From an uncultured Clostridium sp. (GTDB lineage: Bacteria > Bacillota_I > Bacilli_A > RF39 > UBA660): 64,000 nt of DNA. Both the position numbers and the translations under genes were made by a program. The stretch covers positions 24,833-88,832 of the forward strand of contig CABULC010000004.1 of the NCBI GenBank assembly GCA_902492325.1, read 5' to 3'. The notes beneath the pieces are model-generated. The model was not told the DNA's origin. It ran no database searches and saw only the letters and a list, made by a program, of their open reading frames with translations. This document shows, piece after piece, positions 57,435-64,000 of the stretch; position 1 is the stretch's first letter, and each line of letters begins with the position of its first letter.

Positions 57435-58961
57435 AGTTTCTATTCTATTAAATAGTATTTCTGCTTCATTAAGAGTAATATTTGTTTCTAAATTACCAAA
57501 TTCTAAAGTGTCAAATTCTATATTTTTTGTATTTAACATTTTAAATATTCTATCACTAGTTCCAGGTATATATGCTCTTAAAAGTACAGCAGATATTCTA
57601 ATACATTCAAGTAAATTATAAAGTACTGTTTTTAATCTATCAGCTTTTGTTTCATCTTTAGCAAGTACCCATGGAGTTGTATCATCAATATATTTATTAC
57701 TTCTCTTTAATAATTCAAATATATCTTCAAGAGCTTCATTAACTTTTAATGAATTCATTTTTTCATCAACAAGTTGAGGTAAATTTTTAGCATAGTTAAT
57801 TAATTCCGCATCAACTTCTTCACTTACTTTAGGATTCTCAACTTTAGATTCAAAATATTTCTTACTCATCGCGATAGTTCTATTTACTAAATTACCAAGA
57901 GTATTCACAAGATCGGCATTAGTTCTAGTTATTAATGCTTCTTCACTAAAGTTACCATCATTTCCAAAAGGAACTTCACGAAGAGCAAAATATCTAACCG
58001 CATCAACACCATAAGTATTAATATATTCTCTTGGATCTTTATAATTACCAAGTGACTTAGAAATTTTACCACCATTTATAATTAACCATCCATGGCCAAA
58101 TACTTGTTTTGGTAAATCAATACCAAGACTCATACACATACAAGGCCAAATAATAGTATGGAATCTTACGATTTCTTTTCCAACTAAATGTAAATCAGCA
58201 GGCCAATACTTTTTAAACATTTCACTATTTCTATCAGGATATCCAAGTGAAGTAATATAGTTAGAAAGAGCATCAACCCAAACATAAACTACATGCTTAT
58301 CATCAAAAGAAACTGGAATACCCCAAGTAAATGATGTTCTTGAAACACATAAATCAGCAAGTCCGGGTTTAATAAAATTATTTAACATTTCATTTTTTCT
58401 AGTAAGTGGTTGTATAAAATTAGGATTATCTTCATAAAACTTTTCTAAATCTTTTTGATATTTAGATAATTTAAAGAAATATGCTTCTTCACTTACTTCA
58501 TGAACTTCTCTATGACAGTCAGGACACATTCCATTTTCATCTAATTGACTTTCAGTCCAGAATGATTCACATGGTGTACAATAAAGCCCTTTATATTCAC
58601 CTTTGTAAATATCACCTTTATCATACATTTCTTTGAATATAGCTTGAACTCCTTTAACATGATATTCATCAGTAGTTCTAATGAAATGATCATAAGAAAT
58701 ACCAAGCTTATTCCATAAATCTTTAGCATTTTCTACAATTGGATTAACATATTCAATTGGAGTAACACCAGCAGCCTCTGCTTTCTTTTCAATCTTTTGT
58801 CCATGTTCATCTGTTCCAGTTTGAAAATAAACATCATAACCTTTTAATCTTTTATAACGTGCAATTGCATCAGCAACAATAGTTGTGTAACAATGACCAA
58901 TATGAAAATCAGCACTTGGATAATATATTGGTGTTGTTATATAAAATTTTTCCTTTTCCAT
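57429..58961 (-). CDS. metG: Methionine--tRNA ligase (short form)
   Basis: HIGH motif (FHIGHCYTT), KISKS motif (KISKSLGN), and a CxxC...CxxC zinc knuckle. Confidence 0.9.
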   Translation of the reverse strand: MEKEKFYITTPIYYPSADFHIGHCYTTIVADAIARYKRLKGYDVYFQTGTDEHGQKIEKKAEAAGVTPIEYVNPIVENAKDLWNKLGISYDHFIRTTDEYHVKGVQAIFKEMYDKGDIYKGEYKGLYCTPCESFWTESQLDENGMCPDCHREVHEVSEEAYFFKLSKYQKDLEKFYEDNPNFIQPLTRKNEMLNNFIKPGLADLCVSRTSFTWGIPVSFDDKHVVYVWVDALSNYITSLGYPDRNSEMFKKYWPADLHLVGKEIVRFHTIIWPCMCMSLGIDLPKQVFGHGWLIINGGKISKSLGNYKDPREYINTYGVDAVRYFALREVPFGNDGNFSEEALITRTNADLVNTLGNLVNRTIAMSKKYFESKVENPKVSEEVDAELINYAKNLPQLVDEKMNSLKVNEALEDIFELLKRSNKYIDDTTPWVLAKDETKADRLKTVLYNLLECIRISAVLLRAYIPGTSDRIFKMLNTKNIEFDTLEFGNLETNITLNEAEILFNRIETK

Positions 58962-59170
58962 TTTTTCCCTCCTAAAATAAAAAAGTCATAAACTAAGGAC
59001 GACTTATGCCGCGGTACCACCTTAATTCATGACTTATCATGCTTCTTAAATTCTTAACGCGAATAACGATTTAACTCCAGAACCATTTTCAAGTATCTTC
59101 ATATTAGTTTTCACCAGCCACTAACTCTCTACAAATAGGATATCTATCTCTTTCCTTCTTCGTTAATTAC
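58962..59170 (-). promoter_or_regulatory. T-box riboswitch leader of metG
   Basis: The minus-strand RNA contains AAUUAAGGUGGUACCGCGG (T-box consensus AAUUAGGGUGGNACCGCGG). Downstream lies the terminator AAGUCGU...AUGACUU plus a U-run, then RBS AGGAGGG. Upstream are an AGAGA-box and a candidate specifier GAAAACUAAU-AUG-A (Met codon). Confidence 0.7.
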
Positions 59171-59205
59171 AACTGATTTTAACACAAAATAATAAGTTTG
59201 TCTAG
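59171..59205 (-). promoter_or_regulatory. Candidate metG promoter (extended -10)
   Basis: Minus strand TAGACA, 17 nt, TGtTAAAAT. It sits immediately after the upstream ABC gene stop. Confidence 0.35.
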
Positions 59206-59209
59206 TATT

Positions 59210-61651
59210 TTATATATCACTTCTACTCATTATTTCTGCAGGTGTTTTTCTAAGAGTAAATGCACAAGGTAATAAACCTACCAATAAATTAAATAAATAA
59301 ACAATTATTACAATAGTTAAAACCGTAGTACCATTCATTAAAAATTTATTTGCATAATAACTTACAGTTGTTAATTGATAAATAACATAAGATGAAAAGA
59401 ATACACCAGTCATACTACCTAAAGTAGTAATTGCTATTATTTCACCAATAAACATTTTATAAATGTCCAATCTTTTCATACCTATAGCTCTATAAATGCC
59501 TACTTCTTTAATTCTAGATAAGAAAGAAGATCTCATCATCAAATATATTTCAATCAATGATATTAGTAAAATAACAACACTAAATATCAAAGTAGAAGCC
59601 ATAGAATCCATTCTAGTATTATAATATTTATCTCTAGAATATTGATATGAATCCTTAATATTTAAACCCATAGCTTTAAAATCATTTAAAGCTTTATTCT
59701 TATCTTTAACACTAAGAGTCATATCACTACTATTAGAAATTAAACTATATTTAATAGTATTAGTATTTGATAACAAATAACTAATATTATCATCGCTAGT
59801 ATAAAAACCAACTACTTTTAATTTTTTATCATTTATCTTAACATCTATTTCTTGATTTATTTTGTATGAATCCTTATAGAAATTATTTACTATAACTTCA
59901 TAATCATTCAAAGGAAATCTTCCTCCTTTTATAGTTATTTTATTTTTATAAATATTATAATCATATATTAAATTTTCAACCATTTTGTCATCAACAATAT
60001 ATTCTTCATAATAATTATCTGTAAAAGCAGTATCATTTGTATTATAAAGAATATTAATAAATTCACTTTCATCAGTATAAATTGATGGACTACCTAAATC
60101 AACTACACCAACTATTTTATAATTTTCTAATACACCAACTGTTAATTCTCTATCAAATAATTTTTCAGGAGTGTTAATACCTAACATAGATGCAAACGGA
60201 TTACTATAATAAGTATCAAATACTAATTTATCAATAACTATTTCATTAGATTTATTAGGCATTCTACCACTTATGATATCATTCTCACTAATCATATTTA
60301 AACTAGATAAAGAACCATATATTAAATCTTTATAATTAAGAGTTTGATAATAGTCATCATATTCTATATAAAATGAAACCAAACTACCACCTGGTAATAT
60401 ATAATTAACATTATCATTCTTTTCATATTTTAAGAAATCATTAACATCTATTTTTTTAGAATCTATTACTAAATAATTTTTATTAATTGTAACAAACTTA
60501 CTATCATCTATATTATAAATGCCATATAAAGATGATACAGAATATGTTATAAATATACCCGATAAAAAGAAACCAACTAATAATAATTTCTTTATCGCTG
60601 AATAATTAATTACCTTTTTAAATCCATTTTTAATTAATGTAATTGGATTAAATATAGAAGAATATTTTTTATTGATATTTTTATTTATTATCTTATCAAA
60701 ATCAAATTTATATTCTTGATAAATATCTTTGGATATTTTTTTATAATGATCATTCACTAATTCTATGCTTGAATTATTATCAATAACTTCTACTTTATTT
60801 GAACTTTCTATATAAACATTACCATTTTTAACAATTAATTTTATATTTAGTTTTTCTTTAATATCACTATAAAAATCAACTTTTAAATTTTCTTTATCTA
60901 TAGTTTCGTGATTTTCTAAATCTTTAAGATATATTTTATTTTCTAATCTATAATCTAAATCATTATCATGATTATTTACTATATCTTCTATTATTTTTCC
61001 ATCTTCTATTTTTAAAATTCTATCCGCATAAAAATCAGCAAGTTCTGTTTCATGAGTAACAAGAATTACAAGTCTATCTTTAGATATAGCTTTAATTATA
61101 TTCATTATTTCTATTGTATTTTTAGAATCTAAATTTCCAGTAGGTTCATCTGCAATTATTATACTAGGGTCTTTAACAATAGCTCTAGCAATACCTACTC
61201 TTTGTCTTTCACCTCCAGATAACATATTAGCATATCTATTTCTATATCTATACATTCCAACTTTTTCTAAAACATAATTTACTCTTTTTGTTATTTCATC
61301 TTTATCTTTTATACCATTGATTTTCAAAACTAATGCTACATTATCAAAAACAGTCATGTTATTAACAAGATAATAATCCTGAAATATATACCCTATATTT
61401 ATATTTCTAATTTTATCAACACTAGAAACACTTCTTCTAGATAATCTCTCTCCATTAATATATATTTTTCCACTATCAATCTTATCAAGTCCACCAATAG
61501 CATTTAATAAAGTAGTTTTTCCACAACCAGAAGGTCCAAGTAAAGAAACCATTCCTTTGTCTTCTAAAGTAAGAGATGTATTATTAATAACATGTATTTG
61601 ATTCTTCTTATGTCTATAGAAAAACTTATTAACATTTTCTAACTTTATCAT
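59210..61651 (-). CDS. Fused ABC transporter: N-terminal ATPase plus C-terminal FtsX/MacB-type permease
   Basis: LGPSGCGKTTLLN; LSGGERQRVGIARAIV...IIADEPTGNLD; the C-terminal half has FtsX-like TM helices. Confidence 0.8.
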   Translation of the reverse strand: MIKLENVNKFFYRHKKNQIHVINNTSLTLEDKGMVSLLGPSGCGKTTLLNAIGGLDKIDSGKIYINGERLSRRSVSSVDKIRNINIGYIFQDYYLVNNMTVFDNVALVLKINGIKDKDEITKRVNYVLEKVGMYRYRNRYANMLSGGERQRVGIARAIVKDPSIIIADEPTGNLDSKNTIEIMNIIKAISKDRLVILVTHETELADFYADRILKIEDGKIIEDIVNNHDNDLDYRLENKIYLKDLENHETIDKENLKVDFYSDIKEKLNIKLIVKNGNVYIESSNKVEVIDNNSSIELVNDHYKKISKDIYQEYKFDFDKIINKNINKKYSSIFNPITLIKNGFKKVINYSAIKKLLLVGFFLSGIFITYSVSSLYGIYNIDDSKFVTINKNYLVIDSKKIDVNDFLKYEKNDNVNYILPGGSLVSFYIEYDDYYQTLNYKDLIYGSLSSLNMISENDIISGRMPNKSNEIVIDKLVFDTYYSNPFASMLGINTPEKLFDRELTVGVLENYKIVGVVDLGSPSIYTDESEFINILYNTNDTAFTDNYYEEYIVDDKMVENLIYDYNIYKNKITIKGGRFPLNDYEVIVNNFYKDSYKINQEIDVKINDKKLKVVGFYTSDDNISYLLSNTNTIKYSLISNSSDMTLSVKDKNKALNDFKAMGLNIKDSYQYSRDKYYNTRMDSMASTLIFSVVILLISLIEIYLMMRSSFLSRIKEVGIYRAIGMKRLDIYKMFIGEIIAITTLGSMTGVFFSSYVIYQLTTVSYYANKFLMNGTTVLTIVIIVYLFNLLVGLLPCAFTLRKTPAEIMSRSDI

Positions 61652-61652
61652 A

Positions 61653-63869
61653 CTACACCTCTTCTCTATAACTATTCATAGCTGAATCTTTAAATAGTTT
61701 TCTTGAATATCTCATCGTAATAAATAATGACATAATAATTATAACAACATATATAACAACATAATTACTAAGATTCATAAATGTTGATAATTCATTTAAT
61801 AATTCATTGTTTATTAGAGAATATTTAACAAGCATCAAGAATATAACAAATATAAAATATGATAAATTTGCTAGTGTTAAGAGCTCTATATTTAAAAGTG
61901 ACTTAGTGCATTTATATGAAGAACCAAGAATTCTAAGAGTCGAATAATAAATATTTCTTGATTTAAACACTAACTTAATAATGAAATATGATATGAAGAA
62001 TAACGTAATGAATAAAATTGTTAAAACTAACATTCTAGCTATTTTTAAACCAGCTGTACCATCTGACATAGTATTAACTAATACATCAGGTATATATAAA
62101 GTTATATATCCTAAATCATTTAAAGTCTTAATCGTACTTCTAACATCTTTTACATCTTTTATGAATACACTACTTTGATAATAACCTTTATCAAATAAAT
62201 TATAATAATCTTTTTCATTTATAAAAATAGCTCCATTATATTTATCATAATTATATCCCGTAAATTTTTCAAAAGTCTTAGAATTATAATTGTCATAAAC
62301 AGTAAATTCTTTATCAAAATTAAAATACAAGTTATCAACATTTATTTTTACTTTACTATTTTTACAATCAAAATCTTTACATTGTATTTTCCATTCTTCA
62401 GGTATAACTATTTTACCAGTATCAACTTTTTTACTAGGAAGTACCTCGCCAGAAACAGTATCATAATAAGAATTTCCAGACAATTCGCCAAACTTATAAC
62501 TTAGGCTACTATAACTTTTATTAATTTCATCACTTAATTTTTTATGTAAATTATCAGTGATATAAAATATAGAATCAGAATTCAAAGATGAACTACTTTT
62601 TATCTTTTTAATACCTACAATTTTTAAATTATTAATTTCTCTTCCATTCACATCAATAGAAAAAGTACTTTCAAAAAATCTATTTCTATCAGTTTCATCA
62701 TATATAGAATAATCGTTTGTTAAAGCAACAACTATTTCATTATCATTAGATGGGATTCTTCCATAATCTACACCATCAATCTCATTCATATTTGAAATAG
62801 TTCCTGAAAAATATAAATAGTTTCCATTATTAATATAAACACTTTGATCTAGTAATAAATCATTTTTAATAATATTATCAACATTACTAAGTTCATTTAT
62901 TTTTTTATAATCTTCTTCACTTATATTAGATTTATCATTCTTTTTAATTATTATTCTTTTATCACTTATATTCTTAAAAAATGAACTAGCTCCATCAATT
63001 GATAACTGATACTCTAATTTTTCAAAAGCAGAATATGCAGAAAAAATAGATAAAACCATAAAGAAATATACAGCAGTAATTAAAAAGAATTTCGAAGGTA
63101 TATTAAAAGCATTACGAATACCTAAACAAAACTTATTAAACCAAGTAATATCACTAAAATTATTTTCTAATACTTTATCTACCTTATCATAATTTTTAAC
63201 TTTCTTATCTTCTAAAACTTTACCATCATGCATAGTTATTTTTCTAGTAACATATTTTTCTATTTGATCATAATTATGAGTAACTATAATAACTAATTTA
63301 TCTTTAGAAATTTCATATAAAAGTTTTAAAACACTTTCGCTAGATTTTTTATCTAAATTTCCAGTAGGTTCATCAGCAAGTATAATTGGTGTATTCATCG
63401 CTAATGCTCTAGCAATCGCAACTCTTTGTTTTTGACCACCAGATAGCTTCGATACTTTTCTATTTCTATATTTATATAAATCAACTTTTTTTATTAAAGA
63501 TATTATTTCATCTTTTATTTCACTTTTCTTTTTACCATTTAATAAAAGTACAAGTTCAATATTTTGATAAACAGTATAACTATTAACTAAATTAAAATTT
63601 TGAAATATATTACCAACATATTTCCTTCTATATATTTCATAATCTTTTTCTGTGTAATGACTTGTTTCATCACCATTAATATACATCTCTCCTTCTTCAT
63701 AAGAATCAAGACCACTTATAACATTTAATAGTGTACTCTTACCACTACCACTCTCTCCAGTAATCGCAACAAATTCACCTAAATCAAATTTTAAAGAGAC
63801 ACGTGAAAATCCAGTTGAAACCATACCATTACTAGAATAAAATTTTGAAACGTTTTTTAACTCTAACAT
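61653..63869 (-). CDS. Fused ABC transporter ATPase plus FtsX/MacB-type permease (paralog, translationally coupled)
   Basis: GESGSGKSTLLN; LSGGQKQRVAIARALA...ILADEPTGNLD; C-terminal TM region. Its stop lies 1 nt before the next gene's start. Confidence 0.8.
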   Translation of the reverse strand: MLELKNVSKFYSSNGMVSTGFSRVSLKFDLGEFVAITGESGSGKSTLLNVISGLDSYEEGEMYINGDETSHYTEKDYEIYRRKYVGNIFQNFNLVNSYTVYQNIELVLLLNGKKKSEIKDEIISLIKKVDLYKYRNRKVSKLSGGQKQRVAIARALAMNTPIILADEPTGNLDKKSSESVLKLLYEISKDKLVIIVTHNYDQIEKYVTRKITMHDGKVLEDKKVKNYDKVDKVLENNFSDITWFNKFCLGIRNAFNIPSKFFLITAVYFFMVLSIFSAYSAFEKLEYQLSIDGASSFFKNISDKRIIIKKNDKSNISEEDYKKINELSNVDNIIKNDLLLDQSVYINNGNYLYFSGTISNMNEIDGVDYGRIPSNDNEIVVALTNDYSIYDETDRNRFFESTFSIDVNGREINNLKIVGIKKIKSSSSLNSDSIFYITDNLHKKLSDEINKSYSSLSYKFGELSGNSYYDTVSGEVLPSKKVDTGKIVIPEEWKIQCKDFDCKNSKVKINVDNLYFNFDKEFTVYDNYNSKTFEKFTGYNYDKYNGAIFINEKDYYNLFDKGYYQSSVFIKDVKDVRSTIKTLNDLGYITLYIPDVLVNTMSDGTAGLKIARMLVLTILFITLFFISYFIIKLVFKSRNIYYSTLRILGSSYKCTKSLLNIELLTLANLSYFIFVIFLMLVKYSLINNELLNELSTFMNLSNYVVIYVVIIIMSLFITMRYSRKLFKDSAMNSYREEV

Positions 63870-64000
63870 ATTATTCTCCTATAAATTTAATTGTTGTAAT
63901 ATTAAGATAAAACTATACTTAAACAACTCTACTCTATAAAATATTATAACAAAAAAAATATAGATATGAATATCTATATTATTAATCTTTCTCTTTCTTT

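Noticed and set aside
34526-62178. Further small ORFs in the track (34526..34708, 36318..36617, 40663..40854, 41056..41259, 43427..43624, 50673..50858, 58541..58729, 61981..62178)
   Set aside because: Antisense or shadow frames inside annotated genes. 34526..34708 overlaps the mcrB-like start and the promoter/terminator region and is therefore noncoding regulatory DNA.
1-64000. CRISPR arrays, tRNA/rRNA genes, IS elements, integrases and prophage remnants
   Set aside because: No short direct repeats with unique spacers, no cloverleaf-like GC-rich noncoding islands, and no transposase or integrase motifs (DDE, tyrosine or serine recombinase) were seen in any frame. The only tandem repeats are intragenic and coding.

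Overview
This is a very AT-rich (roughly 25% GC by eye) stretch of a low-GC Gram-positive (Clostridia-like) chromosome. It is gene-dense, and about 85% of coding sequence lies on the minus strand. There are no rRNA or tRNA genes, CRISPR arrays, transposases or integrases. Recognisable housekeeping genes are pcrA, metG (preceded by a T-box leader), the copA-copZ copper efflux pair, a NitT/TauT-type ABC importer, two tandem fused MacB/FtsX-type ABC exporters, a PadR regulator paired with a DUF1700 membrane sensor, TraX, LemA and YfhO. The rest is an accessory cell-surface landscape. (1) The left edge holds the end of a Tad/Flp pilus locus: a partial CpaF/TadA ATPase and two CpaB-like paralogs. 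(2) Next comes a secreted-protein operon with a 1386-aa Cys-rich protein, a Flg_new-repeat protein and a class B sortase carrying an unusual ~290-aa N-terminal extension. (3) There is an orphan type-IV-prepilin::DUF285-repeat fusion. (4) The most notable part is a large SipW/TasA-like fibre system. It has three archaeal/ER-type signal peptidase I paralogs (box B S-M-x-P, box D T-H-R), at least seven proteins with SipW-cognate 'A-[WY]-[FYM]' signal peptides falling into two paralog families, and a 2446-aa BspA-LRR giant. Embedded at the head of one operon is a membrane-anchored McrB-family AAA+ GTPase with a 370-aa partner in the McrC position. (5) A satellite SipW mini-locus contains a strongly expressed candidate major subunit, a C39-like peptidase membrane protein, and a tandem-repeat (30-bp period) Ca-binding-like surface protein whose C-terminal domain resembles the small fibre subunits. 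Many genes end in rho-independent terminators whose hairpins overlap the stop codon. Domain calls were made by eye from motifs without database searches, so treat them as hypotheses.
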